55,212 bases of DNA from Candidatus Parcubacteria bacterium. GTDB lineage: Bacteria; Patescibacteriota; Patescibacteriia; Patescibacteriales; Patescibacteriaceae. The notes under the pieces were generated by a model, which made no database searches, was not told the origin of the DNA, and saw only the letters and a list, made by a program, of their open reading frames with translations. How positions within the stretch are numbered: position 1 is the stretch's first letter; each line of letters begins with the position of its first letter. The stretch spans positions 1 to 55,212 of the forward strand of contig JAEWTE010000040.1 in assembly GCA_023459655.1 (NCBI GenBank), given 5' to 3'. This document shows, piece after piece, positions 16,343 through 24,145 of this stretch. The position numbers and the translations under genes were made by a program.

Positions 16343-16885
16343 TTAATTATTAATAAATTTTTTTATTTCCGTTAAATCAATATTTTGTAAATTTTTTAAT
16401 TCACTAGCTGAGAAATTTTTTAAAACATAAGCTATTGTGTCGGTTGGTGGTTCAATTGGTTGAATACCGATACGGTAGCGAATAAAGTTTTGTGTCCCTA
16501 GGTGATCAATAATCGACTGGACACCGTTATGACCAGCTGAACGGCTATTGTTTGACCAGCGAACTGTGCCACTAGGTAGATCTAATTCATCATGAATAAC
16601 CAGTAGTCTATTACTCAGGTCGGTTACTACCAGGTCATAATAACTTAAGATAGCTCGAACCGCTTGACCCGAATTATTCATCATGGTTTGTGGTTTGACT
16701 AAAAGGATATTGTCAATCTCAGCAATTTCTGCTAACCAATCTCGCTTACTTCGCCAAGTGATTGTTTGATTAGTTTCTTTTTGTAATTCGTTAATCAGGT
16801 GATCTAGAATTAGCCAACCAGCATTATGGCGAGTTTTAGCGTATTTAATGCCGGGATTACCGAGCCCAACAATAATTTTTTTCAT
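16343..16885 (-). CDS. pth: Peptidyl-tRNA hydrolase
   Basis: MKKIIVGLGNPGIKYAKTRHNAGW... Start placed at Met 16885; the 50-aa N-terminal extension in the track overlaps der and is not conserved-looking. Confidence 0.9.
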   Translation of the reverse strand: MKKIIVGLGNPGIKYAKTRHNAGWLILDHLINELQKETNQTITWRSKRDWLAEIAEIDNILLVKPQTMMNNSGQAVRAILSYYDLVVTDLSNRLLVIHDELDLPSGTVRWSNNSRSAGHNGVQSIIDHLGTQNFIRYRIGIQPIEPPTDTIAYVLKNFSASELKNLQNIDLTEIKKFINN

Positions 16886-16889
16886 ATCA

Positions 16890-18374
16890 TTAGTGATTGC
16901 TTTTATGCTGGGGATTGATTTGACGGCCACGAGCGACATGAATACTAATTGGTGTGCCCATAAAGCCGTAGGTGTGGCGCAATTGATTTTGAATAAACCG
17001 TAAATAGGAAAAATGGAGGTTGTCTTTGATGCCAATCGTTGCTGTAAAACAAGGTGGGCCAGCTTCAGTTTGAATAAAGCTATAGATATGGGGGTGTTTT
17101 AGGCCCTTGCCTTTGGCTGGACGATGATATTTAACAATTCGTGATAGAAAATGATCAAGCTGACTCTTGCTTAAACTAATTGATCGTTGGGCACCAATCT
17201 CAATAATTAAGTCTAATATTTTGTGGACTTTAGATTTAGTTTTGGCTGAAACAAAAGCAATTGGAGCAAAGCTAATAAACGGTAGGCGATGATAGATTGC
17301 CTCGGTAAAGTGGTTCGTATCTCGTTCTTCGACTTTATCCCATTTATTGGCAGCAATAATTAAACTCTTCTTACGGTTAACAACTTCTTCGGCCAGACTA
17401 GCTTCTTGATGGCTAATTGGTTCACTAATATCAACCATTAAAATGGCAATATCGGCTTGATTGAGTCGTTGCAGACTTTTGGTCATGCCCATTTTTTCTA
17501 AAGCTTTTTTCTTGCCTGGGTCTTTACGAGCAATTCCGGCGGTATCAACAATTTGAATTATTTTATCACGGTATTTAATAAAAGTATCTTGTGGTTCGCG
17601 AGTGGTATGAGGAATAGCACTGACTAAGACGCGATTATAGCCAAGTAGAGCATTGAGTAGGCTGGATTTACCAACATTGGGTTTGCCCAGTAGACAGACC
17701 TTGTAGTCTGGTTTTTCAGTATAGGCGACAATTTCTAATTCTGTAATGATTGACTGATCGGTTATTATTTCTGAGGTTAATTCAATTGATTGAGCTAACT
17801 TGTTCTTGGCGGTTCGGTGACGTTGACGACCAATTTGTTTGACGATTTCATCTAGTAAATCACCAGTTCCCATGCCAGTAGCGGCGCTAACTGGCCAAGG
17901 CTCACCCCAGCCTAATTGATAGAATTCATTAATTTTTTCTCGATGACGGGGACTATCAATTTTGTTGGTTACTAATAAAACCGGGGTTTGTTTAGGTAAT
18001 AATTTTTTACAAGCCATCGCCAACTCGCGATCTTGGGGTAGTAGTCCGGCTTGGCCGTCAACCATAAATAAAACCACCACCGCTTCTTTTAATAATTGAC
18101 CAGTTTGGTATTGAATTTTTTCTTCTAATTCGGTTAGTTGTTTGGATTTTTTCTGACTCATCGTCAGATAAATTAATTCATTTAAACCAGCGGTATCGAC
18201 CAGTTCTAAACGCCGTCGATTCCAGCTAATAGTGTGTTGATTGGCATCGCGGGTAGTGTGATCAAGATCAGCTACTAAAGCCCGCGGCGAACCAACCAAA
18301 CGATTAAATAAGGTTGATTTGCCGACATTAGTCCGGCCGAAAATAATAACTTGGCTTGGCTTGATAGTCGGCAT
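16890..18374 (-). CDS. der: Ribosome-associated GTPase Der/EngA (two GTPase domains plus KH-like C-terminus)
   Basis: Two P-loops, GRTNVGKSTLFN and GKPNVGKSSLLN. DTAG appears twice, NKxD twice. Confidence 0.92.
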   Translation of the reverse strand: MPTIKPSQVIIFGRTNVGKSTLFNRLVGSPRALVADLDHTTRDANQHTISWNRRRLELVDTAGLNELIYLTMSQKKSKQLTELEEKIQYQTGQLLKEAVVVLFMVDGQAGLLPQDRELAMACKKLLPKQTPVLLVTNKIDSPRHREKINEFYQLGWGEPWPVSAATGMGTGDLLDEIVKQIGRQRHRTAKNKLAQSIELTSEIITDQSIITELEIVAYTEKPDYKVCLLGKPNVGKSSLLNALLGYNRVLVSAIPHTTREPQDTFIKYRDKIIQIVDTAGIARKDPGKKKALEKMGMTKSLQRLNQADIAILMVDISEPISHQEASLAEEVVNRKKSLIIAANKWDKVEERDTNHFTEAIYHRLPFISFAPIAFVSAKTKSKVHKILDLIIEIGAQRSISLSKSQLDHFLSRIVKYHRPAKGKGLKHPHIYSFIQTEAGPPCFTATIGIKDNLHFSYLRFIQNQLRHTYGFMGTPISIHVARGRQINPQHKSNH

Positions 18375-18378
18375 ATTT

Positions 18379-20091
18379 TTAGGGGTTATTGGAATAGTCT
18401 AGTCCTAGAATTAAAATAAAATCAGGTTGAGTCATGGCTGGCTGTTGTTTGATTAATCGACTAGTTTCATTGACTAGCCAATCAGGTATTTCGGCTGATA
18501 AAGTTGCCTTGGTTTGGTATTGTAATAAAGCTAAATCATCGGGCTTAGCCCCATAGGTCAAATCATAAATAGTTGTTTGGGCCAGATTCTTTTTTTCAGT
18601 ATTGCTGGTATTGACCATAGTAAAGCCATATTTTTGTAGTCTGGTATTGGTCCGAGCGGCTAGTCCATTAATGGTAGTGCTATTGCGGATGTCTAATTTA
18701 GCATTAGCTCGACTAGGTAGATCAGCTGGATTAATAGTGGTAGTGGCTTGGTCAGTCTTTATTTTATTATCTTTGGCAATTGTTTCAATTGGGGCTGAGT
18801 CAGTAATCGGCTGGATTAATGCTCCGTTAAAGCGGTCAATTATTTGACTAAAATCTCCACCTTTAGGCATTAGTAAATAGGCTCCATCAGTGCCAATTTG
18901 ATCTTGAAGCAGGCCAGTTGGACTATTGTCTAGATTTAAATTAATAATATCATTTGGTGAAATATCTTTAGCCAGTTGCCAGGCACTAACTAGTTCTTCT
19001 GGTTGTAAGTTAGTAGTAATATGTTCTTCGGCATCACCGATAATATTCATAATTAATTTTGGTTTGAATAGATTAGCAGCATCAAAGAGCTTTTCTTTAA
19101 CTGCGGCTAATATTTTTTGCTGACGCTTGGATCGGGCAAAATCAGACCCTTCAACTCCAGCTGCATGTCGTGATCGGGCATATTTTAAAGCTAATTCTCC
19201 ATCCATTTTTTGCCAACCAGCTTCAATTTGTAAATGTTCAAAGCGGCTATAATAATCAGGATGATCTTCTCGACCAGCAATTGGATATCTATAATCGTTT
19301 AGTGTATTATCGACTTCAATTTCGATGCCACCTAAATCATCAATCATTTCTACAAAACCGGCGAAATCAACCCGTAAATAATAATGAATTGGTAGTTCTA
19401 AAATTGATCCAATTAAGTCGGCCATCGCTTGTCCGCCGCTACCTGATTCTCTGGCTTCAGCTAGTGAATTAGCACTATTAATTTTTCGCCAACCATAACC
19501 AGTTATTGGTACGGTTAGGTCACGGGGTATCGACATAAGGGCAACCTTTTTGGTTGATGGTTGAAAACTAGCCACCATAATTGTATCAGCTAGATTGCCG
19601 CCGTCATGGTTTTTGCCACCAACACCCAATAGAATAAAATTAATTCGATCTTGGTCTTCTCCTTTAAGAATAGTTCTTTGGCTGACCCCCAACTTGAATT
19701 TTGTTAACAAAGACAGGCTTTTCCAAAAAGAAAAATTTTGGCCATTGGCGGCTGTACCGCTTGAAGTCGTTGGCCAAACCCGCCAGCCTAGATAGCCAAG
19801 TAGTATTAAAGCAATGATTAGAAATAATTTACCAAATCGTGGATGACGTTGTTTTGGTCGTTCAATTGCTGATGATTGTAACCGAACTGAGCCTTGATCA
19901 TTATATCGAGATTGATTGATTGGTGCTGTTGGACGGTAAAGTTGATTGGCTGGTTCTACTGTGATTTTAATTGGTTGATTAATTCGATCAGCCGGTTCTA
20001 ATGGTCCGGGGTTAATCGTTTCGTTGGTAGTTGAATCGTCTAACATTTCTTCAAAAATATCGGTCATGGGTTTATTTGTTTGATTATCCAT
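18379..20091 (-). CDS. LytR-CpsA-Psr (LCP) family cell-envelope phosphotransferase with LytR_C-like C-terminal domain
   Basis: Long N-terminal tail, one TM (LFLIIALILLGYLGW), and the core INFILLGVGG...DTIMVASF...SIPRDL...VDFAGFVEMIDDLGGIEI...ALKYARSRH. Confidence 0.85.
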   Translation of the reverse strand: MDNQTNKPMTDIFEEMLDDSTTNETINPGPLEPADRINQPIKITVEPANQLYRPTAPINQSRYNDQGSVRLQSSAIERPKQRHPRFGKLFLIIALILLGYLGWRVWPTTSSGTAANGQNFSFWKSLSLLTKFKLGVSQRTILKGEDQDRINFILLGVGGKNHDGGNLADTIMVASFQPSTKKVALMSIPRDLTVPITGYGWRKINSANSLAEARESGSGGQAMADLIGSILELPIHYYLRVDFAGFVEMIDDLGGIEIEVDNTLNDYRYPIAGREDHPDYYSRFEHLQIEAGWQKMDGELALKYARSRHAAGVEGSDFARSKRQQKILAAVKEKLFDAANLFKPKLIMNIIGDAEEHITTNLQPEELVSAWQLAKDISPNDIINLNLDNSPTGLLQDQIGTDGAYLLMPKGGDFSQIIDRFNGALIQPITDSAPIETIAKDNKIKTDQATTTINPADLPSRANAKLDIRNSTTINGLAARTNTRLQKYGFTMVNTSNTEKKNLAQTTIYDLTYGAKPDDLALLQYQTKATLSAEIPDWLVNETSRLIKQQPAMTQPDFILILGLDYSNNP

Positions 20092-20109
20092 AATTTTCTT
20101 GATCGTTTA

Positions 20110-20146
20110 TGACAAAAAAATGGTTTTGTCAGGCACAAAACCATTT
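20110..20146. promoter_or_regulatory. Two overlapping inverted repeats in the LCP/lepB divergent control region
   Basis: IR-B is aaatggtttt (20118-20127) / aaaaccattt (20137-20146), perfect 10 bp with a 9-nt loop. IR-A is tgacaaaa (20110-20117) / ttttgtca (20124-20131). The two are mutually exclusive. Confidence 0.5.
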
Positions 20147-20148
20147 CT

Positions 20149-20177
20149 AGTATAAAAGATTTTATGAATTTAAGCAA
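20149..20177 (-). promoter_or_regulatory. Sigma70-like promoter for the LCP gene
   Basis: On the minus strand: TTGCTT (20177-20172), 17-nt spacer, TATACT (20154-20149). Confidence 0.5.
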
Positions 20178-20178
20178 C

Positions 20179-20207
20179 TTGACCAACCAGTTCGCCAGTG
20201 TTATATT
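20179..20207 (+). promoter_or_regulatory. Sigma70-like promoter for lepB with extended -10
   Basis: TTGACC (20179-20184), 17-nt spacer, TGtTATATT. It lies back-to-back with the minus-strand promoter. Confidence 0.5.
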
Positions 20208-20265
20208 AAGCCTAGGCTTTTTTCGCAAAGCTATTGATTGTTTTAAATAATATTAAACAAAATTA

Positions 20266-20865
20266 ATGATATTTACTCATGATTTTCGAGCTCGTTGGCG
20301 ATTGCGCTGGCTATCATTTCTAGAGGTAATTAAGATTGGTTTGATTGCCGCGGCCATTGTTTTGCCAATCAGACTATTTATTGTTTGCCCGTTTTATGTT
20401 AAAGGGGCCTCAATGGAGCCTACTTTTTATGATAAAGAATATTTATTAATTGATGAAATTAGTTATCGGTTTCAAGCTCCTCGTCGTGGTGAGGTTGTTG
20501 TTTTTCGTTATCCTCAAGATCCCCGTGAGTATTTTATTAAACGATTGATTGGTTTACCAGGTGAAACTTTAAAGATTGAAAATGGTCAACTTTATTTATT
20601 TGATAAGTCTAATAATTCTTGGACCGAAATCAATGAAGATTATTTAGGTTCAACCAGTCAAACCTTTGCTTTTGATTCTGGTCAAGTTACGCTAGGGCCG
20701 GATGAATTTTTTGTTTTAGGTGATAATCGTGAACATTCGCGTGATTCTCGTTTCTTTGGTCCATTAAATCGCCGCTATTTAACTGGTCGAGTGATGTTTA
20801 GGGGCTTGCCGATTAATCGGGCTAAGTTTTTTAAAGCCCCGATCTATAGTAATTTGATAGATTAA
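20266..20865 (+). CDS. lepB: Signal peptidase I
   Basis: GASMEPT (catalytic Ser), KRLIGLPGE (catalytic Lys), GDNREHSRDSR. Confidence 0.9.
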   Translation: MIFTHDFRARWRLRWLSFLEVIKIGLIAAAIVLPIRLFIVCPFYVKGASMEPTFYDKEYLLIDEISYRFQAPRRGEVVVFRYPQDPREYFIKRLIGLPGETLKIENGQLYLFDKSNNSWTEINEDYLGSTSQTFAFDSGQVTLGPDEFFVLGDNREHSRDSRFFGPLNRRYLTGRVMFRGLPINRAKFFKAPIYSNLID

Positions 20866-20896
20866 ATTTAAGTTTGAGTTAATTTTATTGTAGATT

Positions 20897-22237
20897 ATGA
20901 CTGACAAAAATAAAACAGCAGCTAGTCAGGCTGTCCGACGTGAAACAACAATTAATCCTTTTCGACGAGTTAAGGGAATGAAAGATGTTTTACCAGGTGA
21001 TTATCCGGCTTGGGATTTGGTGTTGCGATCAGCCTTAGGTTTAGCCGAAGCCCATGGTTTTGAACGAATCGATACTCCAGTAGTTGAAAATCTTGGTTTA
21101 TATGAACGATCTAGTGGCCGAACTAGTGATATTGTTACCAAAGAAATGTATAGTTTTGTAGATAAGAGTGGTGATCGGGTAGCTTTGCGCCCGGAGGCAA
21201 CTCCTGGAATCGTTCGTTCTTATATTGAACATGGTTGGCTCAATTTACCTCAACCGGTTAAAACGATTTGGTATGGGCCATTGTTTCGTCACGATAAGCC
21301 TCAGCTTGGTCGTTATCGTCAGCATTATCAGATAAATTTTGATATTTTTGGTGAGGATAGTCCGTTGGCCGATGTTCAGCTTATTTTTCTAGCTCATCAA
21401 TTGCTCAAAGATTTGGAAATTGAGGCTCAAATTGATATCAATAGTCTTGGTTGTCCAGATTGTCGTCCTGGTTATATTAATAAATTATTAGCTCATTATA
21501 AGGAGAAAAAACATCGTGATAAACTATGTCCAGATTGTCGTAAGCGTTTATTAAAGAATCCATTGAGAGTGCTTGATTGCAAAGAATCAGCTTGTATTGC
21601 CGCGGCCCAAGAGGCTCCGCAAATGGTTGATCATCTTTGTGAACCTTGTAAACAACATCTTGTTAAGATTTTAGAGTTTTTAGATGGTTTAGCGGTTCCC
21701 TACAATTTGAATTCTCAATTAGTTCGGGGATTAGATTATTATACTCGGACGGTTTTTGAAATTATTGTGCCCAGTCAATCAGCTCAGCGACCATTGTCGC
21801 TAGGCGGTGGCGGTCGCTATGATCAATTGGTTGAATATTTAGGTGGTCGACCTACTCCAGCTTGTGGTTTTGCTTTTGGAGTGGAAAGACTACTCTTGCA
21901 TCTTGATGATAATCGTGTTAAGCTAGCCGCCAGCCTGGTTAAGCCGGATATTTTTTTGGCTCAACTCGGTGATGGAGCTCGTTTAAAGTCGTTGTTATTA
22001 TTTGAAGATCTTCGGCAGACTGGATTAGTTGTTCGACAATCTTTTACTAAAGATAGTCTTAAGGGTCAATTAGCTTTAGCTAGTCAATTAGGAGCTAAAT
22101 ATACTTTGATTATTGGTCAAAAAGAATTGTTGGATGGCACTATTTTGCTTCGGGATATGGAATCGGGTTCACAAGAGGTATTAGATTTTAAGAAGGCGAA
22201 ATCGTCGATTATTAAGAGATTAAACAAACTTAATTAA
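20897..22237 (+). CDS. hisS: Histidine--tRNA ligase
   Basis: GMKDVLP, ALRPEATPG, FRHDKPQLGRYRQHYQ, GGGGRYD, and an anticodon-binding C-terminus. Confidence 0.92.
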   Translation: MTDKNKTAASQAVRRETTINPFRRVKGMKDVLPGDYPAWDLVLRSALGLAEAHGFERIDTPVVENLGLYERSSGRTSDIVTKEMYSFVDKSGDRVALRPEATPGIVRSYIEHGWLNLPQPVKTIWYGPLFRHDKPQLGRYRQHYQINFDIFGEDSPLADVQLIFLAHQLLKDLEIEAQIDINSLGCPDCRPGYINKLLAHYKEKKHRDKLCPDCRKRLLKNPLRVLDCKESACIAAAQEAPQMVDHLCEPCKQHLVKILEFLDGLAVPYNLNSQLVRGLDYYTRTVFEIIVPSQSAQRPLSLGGGGRYDQLVEYLGGRPTPACGFAFGVERLLLHLDDNRVKLAASLVKPDIFLAQLGDGARLKSLLLFEDLRQTGLVVRQSFTKDSLKGQLALASQLGAKYTLIIGQKELLDGTILLRDMESGSQEVLDFKKAKSSIIKRLNKLN

Positions 22238-22278
22238 TCTTTAATTAATTTATATAAAGCTAGAAAGGCAGGTGTAGT

Positions 22279-22512
22279 ATGGTTGAATTTAAACGTAAAA
22301 AAGGCGAAAGTTTTGAAGGATTTTTGCGTCGCTTTAATAAGCGGCTGCAACTTGATGGCAAATTAATGTTAGTTCGCAAAAGCCGTTATCATAAAGATGA
22401 TCCAAATAAGCGACAGGTTCGTTTAAGCGCTTTAGTTCGTAAAGGTTTGCGTGAAAAAAGAGCTTATTTGAGAAGAATTGGCAAACTTAAAGATGAATTT
22501 CGTCAATGGTAA
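22279..22512 (+). CDS. rpsU: 30S ribosomal protein S21
   Basis: 77-aa basic protein with ESFEGFLRRFNKRL...LVRKSRYHKD. Confidence 0.85.
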   Translation: MVEFKRKKGESFEGFLRRFNKRLQLDGKLMLVRKSRYHKDDPNKRQVRLSALVRKGLREKRAYLRRIGKLKDEFRQW

Positions 22513-22532
22513 TTAATTCACTGACTACAAAT

Positions 22533-22559
22533 AAAAAACCGCGTTGAACGCGGTTTTTT
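22533..22559. terminator. Bidirectional rho-independent terminator between rpsU and rel
   Basis: aaaaaaccgcg / ttgaa / cgcggtttttt, with A and T runs on both sides. Confidence 0.75.
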
Positions 22560-22561
22560 AT

Positions 22562-24064
22562 TTATAATTCGTTTGATTTTTTATTATCATAACGATGCCA
22601 TAAAGATCGTAAATCTTTTAAATTGGCTAGTCTGGCTAAAGCCGATTGTCTGGCGTATTGTTTAATGGAATTTTTAGCTTTACTGGTTTTGACGAATTTG
22701 AGCCAAGCTAAATCAGGACAGGTTTGTTTTTGATCGATTATTATTTCTATTAGGTCATTATTATGTAAGGATTCATTAAGTTGACCTATTTTATTATTAA
22801 TTAAAACCCCCTTGGCTTTGTTGCCGATTTCGGTATGAACGGCGTAGGCAAAATCAATTGGCGTAGCCCCAAGTGGTAATTCATAAACATCCCCTTTGGG
22901 AGTTAAGACAAATAAATGATCATTAAAAATATCTAATTGTAGTTTTTGAATAAAGTCTTGAGTATTGGGGTGGTCTTTTTGAGTAGCTAAAATTTCTTTA
23001 GTCCAATTAGGACTAGGAGCAGGACTTTGACCACCATATTCTTTATAACTCCAATAAGCGGCAATACCATATTGAGCTTGTTCGTGCATTTGTTGAGTTC
23101 TGATTTGAAATTCAGTGGCTCGTCCTTCTGATCCAAAGACAGTAGTATGAAGACTTTGATAGCCGTTTGGCTTAGGTAGAGCAATATAATCTTTAAAACG
23201 AGTAGCATTTGGTCGCCACAAACTATGAATGACTCCCAGGGTTCGATAGCAACTATCAATATCAGGGACAATTATTCTTAAAGCAAAAACATCGTATATT
23301 TCATCGAATTTACGATTTTTATTTTGCATTTTTTGCCAGATACTGTAGAGATGTTTAAATCGTCCATTAATTTCGTGACTTATTTTTAATTTGGTCAGTA
23401 GCTTACTTAATTCGGTGGCGGTGCGGTTAATATATTGGTTTAATTCTAGTTTTTTTTCTACTTCGTATTTTTGAACTAATTTTTTATAGTCATCGGGTTG
23501 AAGACACTTAAAACAGATATCTTCCATCTGCCATTTTAAATGCCAGATGCCAAGTAATCCAGCGATTGGTACATAAATTTCTAGTGTTTCTTTGGCTATT
23601 TTTTGTTGTTTTTCGTCAGGTAAATATTCTAGTGTCCTGAGATTATGTAATCGATCGGCAAATTTAATTAGAATAACTCGCAAATCTTTGGCCATTGCCA
23701 AAAACATTTTTTTTAGACTTTCGCGGTATCTTTGTTTGCCATGATATCTAACCAGGCTTAACTTAGTTACACTGTCAACTAAAAAAGCGACATCTTCGCC
23801 GAATAATTTTTTAATGTCGGTTAATTTATAGTTAGTATCTTCAGGAACATCATGTAATAAACCAGCCGCAATAGTTTTAGCGTCGGCGCCGATTTGGGCT
23901 AAAATGAAGGCGGTATGGAGAGGGTGTTGAATATATGGTTCACCAGTTGCTCTTTTCTGATCTTTATGAGCTTTAGTCGCAAAAAGATAGGCCTTTTTAA
24001 GCATGGCTAAATCAGAGTCGGATAAGTGGTTTTTGGTTTTAGTAATGATTTGATCGATTGTCAT
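22562..24064 (-). CDS. rel: Bifunctional (p)ppGpp synthetase/hydrolase, short form (HD, synthetase and TGS domains only)
   Basis: HD motif LLHDVPEDT. Synthetase motifs GYQSLHTTV and EFQIRTQQMHEQAQYGIAAYWSYK. TGS segment FVLTPKGDVYELPLGATPIDFAYAVHTEIG. Ends about 70 aa after TGS, so there is no ACT/RRM region. ATG at 24064 is preferred over the TTG at 24070. Confidence 0.88.
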   Translation of the reverse strand: MTIDQIITKTKNHLSDSDLAMLKKAYLFATKAHKDQKRATGEPYIQHPLHTAFILAQIGADAKTIAAGLLHDVPEDTNYKLTDIKKLFGEDVAFLVDSVTKLSLVRYHGKQRYRESLKKMFLAMAKDLRVILIKFADRLHNLRTLEYLPDEKQQKIAKETLEIYVPIAGLLGIWHLKWQMEDICFKCLQPDDYKKLVQKYEVEKKLELNQYINRTATELSKLLTKLKISHEINGRFKHLYSIWQKMQNKNRKFDEIYDVFALRIIVPDIDSCYRTLGVIHSLWRPNATRFKDYIALPKPNGYQSLHTTVFGSEGRATEFQIRTQQMHEQAQYGIAAYWSYKEYGGQSPAPSPNWTKEILATQKDHPNTQDFIQKLQLDIFNDHLFVLTPKGDVYELPLGATPIDFAYAVHTEIGNKAKGVLINNKIGQLNESLHNNDLIEIIIDQKQTCPDLAWLKFVKTSKAKNSIKQYARQSALARLANLKDLRSLWHRYDNKKSNEL

Positions 24065-24145
24065 AATCAATAGGCTCTTGTTGGTTCAGGTTGGCTTATG
24101 CTATACTAAAACTATACTTTAATTTTGCTAATCAGTCAAAATATC

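Noticed and set aside
16886-17035. N-terminal 50-aa extension of pth in the ORF track (start at 17035)
   Set aside because: The extension overlaps the 3' end of der in another frame. The conserved Pth N-terminus (MKKIIVGLGNPG) begins at 16885, 4 nt downstream of the der stop.
20092-20265. tRNA or small RNA genes in the larger intergenic regions (20092-20265, 38024-38207, 53886-53965, 55019-55081)
   Set aside because: None shows a cloverleaf-compatible arrangement (acceptor stem, GTTC-type T-loop). The regions are accounted for by promoters, operators and terminators. I cannot exclude small sRNAs without a covariance-model scan.
24071-24145. TTG start at 24125 for the first pilin-module gene (and similar TTG/GTG starts used by the ORF track at 93, 2852, 10746, 12233, 34683, 36803, 41969, 44601, 47996, 24070)
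   Set aside because: In each case, an in-frame ATG a few codons downstream gives a canonical N-terminus (a signal peptide or a conserved family start). Otherwise the upstream part overlaps a terminator, a promoter or the previous gene. At 93 the frame is simply open to the window edge.
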